Shown here piece after piece: positions 16,647 through 26,226 of a stretch of 42,984 nt of DNA (position 1 is the stretch's first letter; the number at the start of each line of letters is the position of its first letter). The position numbers and the translations under genes were made by a program. The notes below the pieces were generated by a model that searched no databases, had not been told where the DNA came from, and saw nothing but the letters and a program-made list of their open reading frames with translations. Location of the stretch: positions 1-42,984 of the IMG/VR virus record IMGVR_UViG_3300045988_157988; one strand, written 5' to 3'. The DNA comes from a virus.

Positions 16647-17935
16647 GGAAGAAAAAGACAATAGATTATCAGTTTTCACAAAAGCATATTGATTATATAA
16701 AAAACTGCTCTACACACGAGTATAACATAGCAGAGGGAGCAATCAGAAGTGGAAAGACTGTTGACCATATCTTTGATTTTGCTCATAGCATAAAGCATAG
16801 TCGAGATAAGTTATTTCTGGTTACAGCTTCAACGGTAGGGCAAGCGAAGTTGGTCGTTGGAGATAGTAACGGATATGGGTTAGAATATATCTTTAGAGGA
16901 CAATCACGATGGAGCAAATATAAGCAGAACGAGGCTTTAATCATAAAGGGTTATGATACAAAGTTTAAAGAAAAGATTGTTATATTTGCTGGTGGTGGTA
17001 AGGCTGATAGTTTTAAGTCTATCAGAGGGAACTCATACGGAATGTGGTTAGCTACTGAAATAAATTTACATCACGAAAATACAATCAAAGAGGCTTTTAA
17101 CAGAACGGCTGCTGCCAAAGATAGAAAAATATATTGGGATTTAAACCCAGACGCTCCTACTCATTTTATTTATAAAGATTATATAGATAAATATACTGCT
17201 AATCATAAATTATCAGTGAATTATGGACACTTTTTAATTGATGATAATATAACTATTAGTAAAGAGCGTTTAGATACAATTAAGGCACAATATTCTCCTG
17301 AAACGGTATGGTATAAGCGTGATATTTTAGGGTTAAGAGTATTAGCAGAGGGATTGATTTATAAAGAATTTGCCGATAATTCTGAAAAATATTTGATTGA
17401 TTATGATAAGAACTATATTACAATAAATGTTGGCGTTGACTTTGGGGGTAATAAGTCAAAACATACCTTTGTTGCTACTGCAATAACAGCAGGATATAAA
17501 GAACTTATTGCATTAGCAAGTGAAAGACACGAACCTGACACTCCAGACACTCTGAATAATCAATTTTTACAGTTTATTAAAAAAATATTAGCAAAATACG
17601 GAAGAATAGATTGTGTTTTTGCAGATAATGCAGAACAAGTACTATTAAGAGGTTTACAAAAGACTTTATTAAACAATAATATAAATATAGCTGTTAAAAA
17701 TTCAATTAAAAATGCGATAGTTGATAGAATTAGGATTGTTAATTCATTGGTTGCAACTGGTCGCTTTTTTTATAAAAAAGATTGTGAAACTTTAGTTAGT
17801 GCTTTGCAGACTGCTGTTTTTGATGAAAAAGAACTTGATGATGTAAGACTTGATGACGGAACAAGTGATATAGATACATTAGACGCTTTTGAATATAGTT
17901 TTGAAAAGTATTTAAAAGCATTGTCAATACTTTAG
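16643..17935 (+). CDS. terL: Terminase large subunit, PBSX family.
   Basis: 430 aa. The N-terminus DYQFSQKHIDYIKN...EGAIRSGKT carries a Walker A. C-terminal nuclease-like region with acidic residues. Confidence 0.8.
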   Translation: MRKKKTIDYQFSQKHIDYIKNCSTHEYNIAEGAIRSGKTVDHIFDFAHSIKHSRDKLFLVTASTVGQAKLVVGDSNGYGLEYIFRGQSRWSKYKQNEALIIKGYDTKFKEKIVIFAGGGKADSFKSIRGNSYGMWLATEINLHHENTIKEAFNRTAAAKDRKIYWDLNPDAPTHFIYKDYIDKYTANHKLSVNYGHFLIDDNITISKERLDTIKAQYSPETVWYKRDILGLRVLAEGLIYKEFADNSEKYLIDYDKNYITINVGVDFGGNKSKHTFVATAITAGYKELIALASERHEPDTPDTLNNQFLQFIKKILAKYGRIDCVFADNAEQVLLRGLQKTLLNNNINIAVKNSIKNAIVDRIRIVNSLVATGRFFYKKDCETLVSALQTAVFDEKELDDVRLDDGTSDIDTLDAFEYSFEKYLKALSIL

Positions 17936-17950
17936 AAAGGGGATAGATGA

Positions 17951-19264
17951 TTGATTAATTTAATTAACGAAATAAGATTAAGATGTGGTTATCAGCGTGA
18001 TTATAGCAATATAGATAATAATTTTAGGCTATGGCTCAATTGTTATCACGGAGAGCCTTTTTGGTTAGATACAAAAGTTAATAAAGAAAGTTTAAATTTG
18101 TGTAGTTCTATACCGTCTGAACTTGCTAGACTTGTTACTTTAGAGTTAGAAACGAGTGTAAGCAATGAGGAGTTAGACGAAATTTATCAAAGAATTATAA
18201 GAAAAATAAGAACTATAACTGAATATGGTTTGGCTTTAGGTGGTGTTGTTTTAAAGCCTTATTTGAAAAATAAACAAATAGAGGTTGATGTAACAACTCC
18301 TGATATGTATGTTATTTTAGGCTTTAACAGTTTTGGAGATATAAAGCATATTGCTTTTATTGATAGACTTAGAAAAGTTGAAAAAGATAGATATGTATAT
18401 TATACAAGGCTTGAAGAACATTTAATAAAAGATAAGTATTTTATAAGAAATACGGCTTATAAGTCGTTTGATGTAACACAATTAGGAACGCAAATATCTT
18501 TAAACAGTGTTGAAGAATGGGCTACATTAAAAGAACAAGAAGTCATTAATAGACAAGAGCCTTTATTTGCTTATTTTAAAAATCCACAAGCAAATAATCT
18601 TGATTTAAGAAGTCAAGAGGGGATAAGTTGTTTTGCAAAAGCTATTTCATTAATACAAGACGCAGACGAACAATATCAAAGGACAATCTGGGAGTATAAA
18701 GGCTCTGAACTTGCTATTGACGCAGATATAACAGTTTTAAAAAATACAGATGAATTGCCAGTAGGCAAGGAGCGTTTATTTAGAAACTTAGGCTCACAAG
18801 TTAAAGATGATTTTTACAATGTTTTTAGTCCTAATATTCGTGATATTAGTTTATTCAACGGACTAAATGAGATATTAAGACAAATAGAGTTTATTTGTGG
18901 ACTTGCTTATGGTACATTTTCAAAAAATACAGAAACAGAAAAAACGGCAACAGAAATAAAAGCAAGTAAACAAAGAAGCTTTTCAACTGTAAAAGATATT
19001 CAAAATGAGCTTGAAAGAACTTTAAGACAATTTGTTGAAATATTAAGTTATTGGCTAAAGATTAGTGAAAAATATGATATAAACTTTGATTTTGACGATA
19101 GTTTAGTTATCGATAGTGAAACCGAAAGAACTGTTAAATTACAAGAGGTGGCAACTGGTATTATAACTAAAGAAAGATATTTACAAGAAGTTTACGGACT
19201 TGAAGATATTGCCGACTGGATACCACAAGAAAACAAAGTAAAAGACGTTTTAGAGGAAGAATAA
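17951..19264 (+). CDS. Portal protein.
   Basis: 437 aa, immediately after TerL. TTG start behind AAAGGGGATAGA, with no in-frame ATG available upstream. Confidence 0.65.
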   Translation: MINLINEIRLRCGYQRDYSNIDNNFRLWLNCYHGEPFWLDTKVNKESLNLCSSIPSELARLVTLELETSVSNEELDEIYQRIIRKIRTITEYGLALGGVVLKPYLKNKQIEVDVTTPDMYVILGFNSFGDIKHIAFIDRLRKVEKDRYVYYTRLEEHLIKDKYFIRNTAYKSFDVTQLGTQISLNSVEEWATLKEQEVINRQEPLFAYFKNPQANNLDLRSQEGISCFAKAISLIQDADEQYQRTIWEYKGSELAIDADITVLKNTDELPVGKERLFRNLGSQVKDDFYNVFSPNIRDISLFNGLNEILRQIEFICGLAYGTFSKNTETEKTATEIKASKQRSFSTVKDIQNELERTLRQFVEILSYWLKISEKYDINFDFDDSLVIDSETERTVKLQEVATGIITKERYLQEVYGLEDIADWIPQENKVKDVLEEE

Positions 19265-19265
19265 A

Positions 19266-20879
19266 ATGTTAAGTCCTGAATATTTAAAAGCTATTCCGAA
19301 CGAGTTAATCAAAGTTTATCAAGAAATAGAAGATGAAATTTTACTTGATATAGCAAGAAGAATAGCTAGAAAAGATGAGGCTGGTTATACTTCAACTTAT
19401 CAATTAAAACAGCTTTTAATTGGAAACAAAGATTTTGAAGAATTAAAGAAAAAGTTAAAGCCTATGCTGTATCATTCTGATGAAGTTTTAGACGAAATAA
19501 TTGAAAATGGCATAAAAACACATTATAACGATGAGCAAAGTATTTATTCTATGGTTGGTAAGTCTTTAGTTAATTTAGATAAAAATAAAGCTGTTTTATC
19601 ACAAATACAAGCTTATAAAAAGGCAATGAAAGAAAACTTAAATAATTTAACAAAGACAATGGGTGTTGCTGTTAATGATGATTTTGTAAATCTTAACACT
19701 TTATACAAGCACGAACTCAATAAAGCTGTTTTATCAACTCAATTAGGTGTTTTAGACAGCACAACGGCTATTAGGAGAGTTGTTAATAATATTGCAAGAG
19801 GTGGAGTTAAGTTTATCAACTATGAGGGTAGTGGTAGAAACTACACAATAGAAAGTGCTGTTGGAATGGTTGTTAGAAGTGGACTTAATCGTTTAAGTGG
19901 CGAAATATCTTTATTAAATGCAGAAGAAATGGAACAAGATTTAATGGAAATATCGGCACATTTAGGAGCTAGACCCTCTCATTCAGTTTGGCAAGGCGAA
20001 ATTGTTAGTTTAAGTGGTCGTGCTGGTTACTTGGATTTACAAGATATAGGTTATGGAGAAACAACTGGATTTCAAGGGGTAAATTGTAGGCATAATTGGT
20101 ATCCTTATTTTGAGGGTTTAAGTTATAGAAGTTACTCAAAAGAGTATTTACAAGAGTTAGAGGATAAGAAAGTATATTATGAGGGTGAAGAATATACTTA
20201 TTATGAGGCTACACAAATTCAAAGACAACTTGAAAGAGATGTTAGAAACTTAAAAAAACGTGTTATGATGTATGATACTGTTGGAGATAAAGAAATGCAC
20301 GCAATACAATCTTTTAAGTTAAAAAATAAACGTGATGAGTATTACAAGTTCTCCGAAAGTGTTGGAATTAATAAAAGACTTGAAAATTTAGGCAAATTCG
20401 GTTATACTAAGTCTGTAAGTGGCAGGTCTGTTTGGGCTAGAAAACAATATGAAGAAGTTAAATCGGGAGCAATAACTGATATATCTAGTAAAAAAGCAAT
20501 AAAACACGCAAAAACAAGATATGAATTTATTAGAAATAATAAGTATGACGTTGAAAAAATTGCTAAAAATACTGGTTATTCAATAGAGCAAATACAATCT
20601 ATTAAAGATTATTTATTCGTAGATGAGCATGATTTGGGCGATAAAAGAAAAAGATTTGACCCTAGTTTTGCTATTTCACAAAGTTGGGATAGATTAACAA
20701 CAGGTAAGTTTGAACCTCACGATTTAACACTAATAAAACACGAAATTATGGAAAAAGATTTAATTAAACAAGGTTATACACAAGATAAAGCTCATAAAAT
20801 AACAAGTCAAAAATATAATTACCAAAAGGAGATGAAAGAATATTATGTTATACTTAAAGAACGTAAGAAAAGAGGATAA
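19266..20879 (+). CDS. Minor capsid / head morphogenesis protein (SPP1 gp7 / MuF-like) with a roughly 250-aa C-terminal extension.
   Basis: Positioned after the portal. N-terminus MLSPEYLKAIPNELIKVYQEIEDEILLDIARRIA matches minor-capsid-protein-2 type starts. A central MuF-like core is followed by a long extra C-terminal region. Confidence 0.65.
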   Translation: MLSPEYLKAIPNELIKVYQEIEDEILLDIARRIARKDEAGYTSTYQLKQLLIGNKDFEELKKKLKPMLYHSDEVLDEIIENGIKTHYNDEQSIYSMVGKSLVNLDKNKAVLSQIQAYKKAMKENLNNLTKTMGVAVNDDFVNLNTLYKHELNKAVLSTQLGVLDSTTAIRRVVNNIARGGVKFINYEGSGRNYTIESAVGMVVRSGLNRLSGEISLLNAEEMEQDLMEISAHLGARPSHSVWQGEIVSLSGRAGYLDLQDIGYGETTGFQGVNCRHNWYPYFEGLSYRSYSKEYLQELEDKKVYYEGEEYTYYEATQIQRQLERDVRNLKKRVMMYDTVGDKEMHAIQSFKLKNKRDEYYKFSESVGINKRLENLGKFGYTKSVSGRSVWARKQYEEVKSGAITDISSKKAIKHAKTRYEFIRNNKYDVEKIAKNTGYSIEQIQSIKDYLFVDEHDLGDKRKRFDPSFAISQSWDRLTTGKFEPHDLTLIKHEIMEKDLIKQGYTQDKAHKITSQKYNYQKEMKEYYVILKERKKRG

Positions 20880-21093
20880 CAGAATAATAGCAGATTATTA
20901 CCCTGAAGATTGGAATGAACACGGTACTGTATCTGTAAATATAAATGATTTAGACGATTTTGAAATGATTTTAAGTAAAACAGATGAAAAAGAATATTCT
21001 GCATATCCTTATGCAATAGAAGCTTTAAACGGTATTAGAAGTATGGCTGAGGGAGAAAGAGAAATAGAAGATTGTATTATAATGTGGCATTAA
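20845..21093 (+). CDS. Small acidic protein whose start overlaps the MuF gene 3' end; candidate immunity or companion protein.
   Basis: 82 aa. Its start overlaps the MuF stop by 35 nt. Confidence 0.45.
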   Translation: MLYLKNVRKEDNRIIADYYPEDWNEHGTVSVNINDLDDFEMILSKTDEKEYSAYPYAIEALNGIRSMAEGEREIEDCIIMWH

Positions 21094-21284
21094 AGGCGAT
21101 ATACTTGTTTGGTATGTTGCTTTTTTAATACAAAAATTAAGGTATTATGTAGATAGCATAGTGCTTTTTTTAATGCCCTAGATATGGCTTTAAACTGTCT
21201 TTTTTTATTGGAATGATAGACCGAAACTATCAACTATTAGGACATAGCAACGTCCGAAAAAGCTAAATAATAGGAGGTTTTTTA

Positions 21285-21830
21285 ATGAAAACAGAAGAAT
21301 TAAAAGCGATAGGCTTAACGGAAGAACAGATTGCAGAAGTATTTAAGTTAAAAGGAAAAGAGATAGGCGAGTTAAATAATAAAATATCAGTTTTAGAAGC
21401 TGAAAAGAACTCACTAACTGAACAGATTAATACAGCTAATGCTGAAATTAGTTCATACAAAGATTTAGATATTGAAACAATCAAAAAGAACGCACAAGAC
21501 TACAAGCAAAAGTATGATGATTTAGTTATTCAATCACAAAACGAAATGAAACAACTACAATTTAATCATACAATAGAAAATGCTTTAACAAAGTCTAATG
21601 CAAAAAATATTAAAGCTGTAAAATCTTTATTAGACTTAGAAACTTTGACTAATTCTAATGACTTAACAACAGATTTAGAAAATGCAATAAATGCTTTAAA
21701 AGAAAGTGAAGCATATTTATTTAACATTGAGGATAATGGCGATTCATCTGTTGGTGGGTCTAATACTTTACCAGCTGGACAAGATTTGTCAAAGATGAGT
21801 TATGAAGATTTTTTAAAAAGCTATAAATAA
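21285..21830 (+). CDS. Scaffolding protein.
   Basis: Coiled-coil, acidic, 181 aa, directly upstream of the major capsid gene. RBS TAGGAGG. Confidence 0.7.
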   Translation: MKTEELKAIGLTEEQIAEVFKLKGKEIGELNNKISVLEAEKNSLTEQINTANAEISSYKDLDIETIKKNAQDYKQKYDDLVIQSQNEMKQLQFNHTIENALTKSNAKNIKAVKSLLDLETLTNSNDLTTDLENAINALKESEAYLFNIEDNGDSSVGGSNTLPAGQDLSKMSYEDFLKSYK

Positions 21831-21851
21831 TTAGAAAAGGAGATTTAAAAA

Positions 21852-22916
21852 ATGGCAAAATTTGACGCAAAAACATTTAATGCAGAGGCTTTTGGTGCTT
21901 ATATAAATGCAGTGCCAAATGTTAGATTGAACAAATTAAAAGAAAGTAAGGCAGTTGTAGGAGACGCAAGGCTTAAAGAAGTATTTAAAAACAATACTCA
22001 AACAGGTACAACTTATGCGACTATTCCATACTTTGGTTTAATTGGTGGAGAGGCGCAAAACTATGACGGAGCTACAACTTTAAGCCCAGACAGAACAAAA
22101 ACTTTTGAACAAGGTGTATTTACCTACGGAAGAATGAAAGGTTGGACTGAGGCTGACTTTTCTTTTGATATAACAGGTGGAACTGATTTTATGGCTAATG
22201 TAAGAAGTCAAGTAATCGAGTTTTGGAACACAATCGACCAAGATGTTATGTTAGCTATTTTAAAAGGTGTTTTCTCTATGAGTACAGCAAAGAAAGGTAA
22301 AGAGTTTGTTACAAAACATACTTATGATATTTCAAAAACAGTAACAGAAGCAACTGATGAAACAACTTTAGTGGGTGCGACAACTTTAAACACAGCTATT
22401 CAAAAGGCTTGTGGAGATAATAAAGCTAAATTCTCTCTTGTTATTATGCACAGTGAAGTTGCTACTAATCTTGAAAATTTACAATTACTTAAATATTTAA
22501 CTTATACTGACGCAGACGGTATTCAAAGAGATTTAGGTTTAGCAACTTGGAACGGAAGAATGGTTATTATTGATGATAGTATGCCAGCAGAAGAAAAGAA
22601 AGGCGCTAACAACTATACTCAATATACAACTTATGTATTAGGAGAGGGTGCTATCGGTTTTGAAGATGTAGGGGCAAAAGTTCCTTTTGAAATGTTTAGA
22701 GACCCAAAAACTAACGGTGGGGAAGATACTTTGATTTCAAGATGTAGAAAAGCTATATCTGTGGCAGGTATTTCATACACTAAGAAAGAACAAGCAAGCA
22801 ATTCTCCAACTAATCAAGAATTAGCAAAAGGAACTAACTGGGAGCTAGTAAACGACGGAACAGAATCAATTAATGATAAAGCCGTTCCAATCGCAAGAAT
22901 TATCTCAAGAGGATAA
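21852..22916 (+). CDS. Major capsid protein.
   Basis: 354 aa after the scaffold. Strong RBS AAAGGAGAT. N-terminus MAKFDAKTFNAEAFGAYIN is typical of siphovirus major capsid proteins. Confidence 0.7.
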   Translation: MAKFDAKTFNAEAFGAYINAVPNVRLNKLKESKAVVGDARLKEVFKNNTQTGTTYATIPYFGLIGGEAQNYDGATTLSPDRTKTFEQGVFTYGRMKGWTEADFSFDITGGTDFMANVRSQVIEFWNTIDQDVMLAILKGVFSMSTAKKGKEFVTKHTYDISKTVTEATDETTLVGATTLNTAIQKACGDNKAKFSLVIMHSEVATNLENLQLLKYLTYTDADGIQRDLGLATWNGRMVIIDDSMPAEEKKGANNYTQYTTYVLGEGAIGFEDVGAKVPFEMFRDPKTNGGEDTLISRCRKAISVAGISYTKKEQASNSPTNQELAKGTNWELVNDGTESINDKAVPIARIISRG

Positions 22917-23316
22917 TAAAGGAGATGATAACTTGGAAAAGTTATTAAATTATGATGATTTCAAAGGTGCTTTAACTGAAAGTACCTTTGATTATCTTTA
23001 TATTTTGACAAAACAAAAATTAGATTTTTACACTTTTAATAGAATTGATTACTCAAAAGAAGATTTAAAAAAATTAGCTATAAATTGCTTAAAAACGCTT
23101 ATTTTTTCACTTAAAGATAAAATGGATATGATTAGTCCTAAAGTAGAAGAAAACGGCAAAATAATTCAATCTGAACACATAGGAGAGCAATCAGAAACTT
23201 ATTACATTCCAACTTTTTCAGAAATAGAAAAATTTATGCAGACACAAGACGAGTATATTGTATCTACAATAAAAACTTTTTTTGCCCATACTGGTTTAAT
23301 GTATAGAGGTATTTAA
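22873..23316 (+). CDS. Head-tail connector / DNA-packaging adaptor (putative). The true start is probably downstream, for example a TTG near 22933 behind AAAGGAG.
   Basis: Positional call only. The track ORF overlaps the capsid gene 3' end. Confidence 0.45.
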   Translation: MIKPFQSQELSQEDNKGDDNLEKLLNYDDFKGALTESTFDYLYILTKQKLDFYTFNRIDYSKEDLKKLAINCLKTLIFSLKDKMDMISPKVEENGKIIQSEHIGEQSETYYIPTFSEIEKFMQTQDEYIVSTIKTFFAHTGLMYRGI

Positions 23317-23317
23317 A

Positions 23318-23671
23318 ATGCTTATTAATGCAGAGGTTACGATTTTTAAAAGAGTTAGAAAAGGTAGAGAGGACAGTTTTGTTCCTCATACTTTTAAGGC
23401 TCATTTTGAAGATTGTAGAGGTATGAATATAACGACAAGTGGTAGAGCTTTGACTGATATTGATAATATTAAAGTCTTTATTCCTCTTAGTGAATTAAAA
23501 GGTTTTAAATGCGAAAAAAACGACTATATTTTAAGAGGTAAAGCAGTAGGAGAGTATAACTCTCTTGAAGAGATAAAAAAACAATATAACGATGTTTTTA
23601 TTATAACGAGTGCTGATACTTTTGATTATGGGAGTGAACATTTAAAGCATTTAAGGATTGGAGCTAAATAA
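23318..23671 (+). CDS. Head closure / head-tail adaptor protein (putative).
   Basis: Positional call only. Confidence 0.45.
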   Translation: MLINAEVTIFKRVRKGREDSFVPHTFKAHFEDCRGMNITTSGRALTDIDNIKVFIPLSELKGFKCEKNDYILRGKAVGEYNSLEEIKKQYNDVFIITSADTFDYGSEHLKHLRIGAK

Positions 23672-24018
23672 TGTTATTTTTAAGAATGTTAAACATTGAA
23701 GATAATTTAGCTAATAGACGGCAATTACAACGTGGAGGAAAGGCTCAAAAATTTGTAGATAGTGAATGTATTCGTAAAATGGATATGTACACTCCTTTCA
23801 GAACAGGTGTTTTAAAAAGTAGTCCAACAACACAATCAAAGATTGGTAACGGACAAATTCAACAAAATACACCTTATGCAAGACGTTGGTATTATACTCA
23901 AGCTAACTTTACAGACGCACCAAGACGTGGTTGTAAGTGGTTTGATAGAATGAAAAATAATCATCGTGATGAGATTTTACAAGGTGTTGCAAAAATTGTA
24001 GGAGGTAAAGGGAAGTAA
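23671..24018 (+). CDS. HK97 gp10-like / minor capsid tail-attachment protein (putative).
   Basis: Positional call. Basic and aromatic composition. ATGA overlaps with both neighbours. Confidence 0.45.
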   Translation: MLFLRMLNIEDNLANRRQLQRGGKAQKFVDSECIRKMDMYTPFRTGVLKSSPTTQSKIGNGQIQQNTPYARRWYYTQANFTDAPRRGCKWFDRMKNNHRDEILQGVAKIVGGKGK

Positions 24019-24455
24019 TGAAAGTTATAATTGAAAGTATAAGAGATTACTTTGATAAATGCCCTCTATTAAGCCCTAATGCTAGACTTAATTTAGATTA
24101 TTTAGGACTTGATGATATAGAATATGGTATTTATTCAGAGCCTACAAATCCACTTCTAAAAAAATATGTTGACGGAGATGAATTAAAGCAATATACTTTT
24201 GTTTTTGCAACAAAAACATTGATGAGTAGTAGTTATGTAACACAGCTTGATAATATAGCTTTTTTTGATAAATTGATTGAGTGGATTTATAAAAGTGTAA
24301 AAGATAAGAAACTTCCAAAACTTGAGGGCGATAGATACGCAATAGATATGGAAGTTTTAACAAATGGCTATTTAATAGCAAATGACGAGGGTAAAGCCCA
24401 ATATCAAATACAAATGAGATTAAAATATTTGGAGGTAAGAAATGGCAACAGATAA
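24018..24455 (+). CDS. Tail completion protein (putative).
   Basis: Positional call. Confidence 0.45.
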   Translation: MKVIIESIRDYFDKCPLLSPNARLNLDYLGLDDIEYGIYSEPTNPLLKKYVDGDELKQYTFVFATKTLMSSSYVTQLDNIAFFDKLIEWIYKSVKDKKLPKLEGDRYAIDMEVLTNGYLIANDEGKAQYQIQMRLKYLEVRNGNR

Positions 24456-24984
24456 AAATATTACTAATTTACAAGAATTTAAAGGTCTTGTTTTAAGAAG
24501 TGGTAAGGTATCATTCTTTAAAGTTAATGAAAAATATTACAGAATGAAAGGTTTTACGGAGTTATCAACTTCAAAAGAGGCACAAGAATACGAAAGAACT
24601 TATGTTGATGAAACTTCATCAAGAACAGATACAACTGGTATTACTTCATCAACTTCATTCGCTTTTGATAAGTACACAGATAACCCAGTACACGAAGCGA
24701 TTCAAGAAATTTTCGATAAAGAAAAAATCGGTAATGACGCAACTTGCGAAATAGTGGTTGTTGACTTTGCTAAACCAGCGAAAACAGCAGGGTTCTATGC
24801 TTTATCAAGAAAATATACAATAGTTGCTGATACTGAGGGAGATGGAACAGACGCTTATCAATATTCAGGAACTTTTAAAGCTAATGGAGCGGTTGAAGAA
24901 GGAACAGCAACAGAAGATACTGACGCTAAAGATTGGTTGGCAATAAAATACACTAAAGGTTTTGAACCTAAAACAACTGTTTAA
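24442..24984 (+). CDS. Major tail protein.
   Basis: 180 aa, T/S/G-rich. Followed by a strong terminator and then the chaperone pair and the tape measure gene. Confidence 0.7.
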   Translation: MATDKNITNLQEFKGLVLRSGKVSFFKVNEKYYRMKGFTELSTSKEAQEYERTYVDETSSRTDTTGITSSTSFAFDKYTDNPVHEAIQEIFDKEKIGNDATCEIVVVDFAKPAKTAGFYALSRKYTIVADTEGDGTDAYQYSGTFKANGAVEEGTATEDTDAKDWLAIKYTKGFEPKTTV

Positions 24985-24996
24985 GTTTAAAAAATA

Positions 24997-25025
24997 AAAG
25001 GTAGTCATAACGGCTACCTTTTTAA
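24997..25025 (+). terminator. Rho-independent terminator after the major tail gene.
   Basis: Stem AAAGGTAG/CTACCTTT with a 9-nt loop and a T-run. Confidence 0.6.
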
Positions 25026-25055
25026 TTTATCAAAATTCAGAAAAGAGGTATTATT

Positions 25056-25424
25056 ATGGCAAAATTTCAAAAAAAAGATAGAAGATTAGTTATTGAGTTT
25101 GGAGAAAATAAGTTTTTTGTTGATGTAATTAACGAAGAATTGCAAAAAGGAATTATTGAATTTTCTGAAAATTCACAAAAAAAAGACAAAAGTATCAACG
25201 ATATAATGCTTGATTTTAAAAAATTAATTGAAATCGTCTTAGGAAAAGGCGCTTATTCATTGATTAAAAAGACAGAATATGACAATAAAGAGTTGAATTT
25301 TTATGAATTAATGGATATTTGCGAGTTTATTTTAGATGAAATAAATAATTATAATGTAAAATTTCAAAAATACAGTCAAGAAATAAATAATAGGTATAAC
25401 AATAAAAATAAATTTAAAAAATAA
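25056..25424 (+). CDS. Tail assembly chaperone (gpG-like).
   Basis: Position between the major tail and tape measure genes. RBS AAAGAGGTA. Confidence 0.6.
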   Translation: MAKFQKKDRRLVIEFGENKFFVDVINEELQKGIIEFSENSQKKDKSINDIMLDFKKLIEIVLGKGAYSLIKKTEYDNKELNFYELMDICEFILDEINNYNVKFQKYSQEINNRYNNKNKFKK

Positions 25425-26038
25425 TGAATATTTTAATAGATAATCTTCCTAAAAAGTTTAAAAATGTAAATTTAAATACAGACTTTAGAAATTGGGTAGC
25501 TTTTGAAATTCTTTTACAAGATAAAAATAAAACTGACGAAGAAAAGTTTGGTAAAATTATTGATTTAACTATAAAAGATAATGTTGAGGTATTACTTTAT
25601 AAGTTAAATGGTAATGAAAAAGAATTTAAAGAGCTTATGGATTATATCTTAAAATTTTATGCAGGTTCTTTTGATGAAAGAGAATTGAAAAGGGCTAGAC
25701 AAAATGAAAGTAAAGAAAATAATAAAAAGTTGATTTATTCTTTTGAATATGACGCAGACTATATTTTTTCGTCATTTTATGAGTGTTACGGAATTGATTT
25801 AACAACAAAAAAAATGCACTGGTGGAAGTTTAAAGCATTATTAAAAGGCTTAAATGAGGAGTGCTTATTTAGTAAAATATTAGGTTATAGGTCAATGAAG
25901 ATAAGTTCTAAAATGAGTAAAGAGGAAAAGAAGTTTTATAAAGAAAAGAAAAGAATTTATGCTTTACCTGATTTAAGAAGTGAGGAAGAAAAAGAGGAAG
26001 ATTTTGCCAATTCATTATTGAATATGTGTGGTGGTTAA
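25424..26038 (+). CDS. Tail assembly chaperone, second ORF (gpT-like), in the -1 frame via a TAATG overlap with no SD of its own.
   Basis: Starts at the ATG inside the upstream stop codon (TAATG). No RBS. This is the classic G/T arrangement. Confidence 0.55.
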   Translation: MNILIDNLPKKFKNVNLNTDFRNWVAFEILLQDKNKTDEEKFGKIIDLTIKDNVEVLLYKLNGNEKEFKELMDYILKFYAGSFDERELKRARQNESKENNKKLIYSFEYDADYIFSSFYECYGIDLTTKKMHWWKFKALLKGLNEECLFSKILGYRSMKISSKMSKEEKKFYKEKKRIYALPDLRSEEEKEEDFANSLLNMCGG

Positions 26039-26040
26039 AA

Positions 26041-26178
26041 TTGAAAAAATGGTTTATCTGCCCATATTGTAAGCAAAAATTGATTAAATACGATGAAAAG
26101 GCAGAATGTAAACTTGTTTTTATAAAATGCAAAAAATGTAAAAAACAAATAGAAATTAATATAAAAAATAATAAATGA
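26041..26178 (+). CDS. Small zinc-ribbon protein (45 aa); not in the ORF track because it is under 60 aa.
   Basis: TTG start behind GGTGG. CPYC...CKKC cysteine pairs. Confidence 0.3.
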   Translation: MKKWFICPYCKQKLIKYDEKAECKLVFIKCKKCKKQIEINIKNNK

Positions 26179-26226
26179 TAAATGAGCCTTTGAGCCTAAA
26201 AACTTATCATTAGAAAGGGGGATTTT

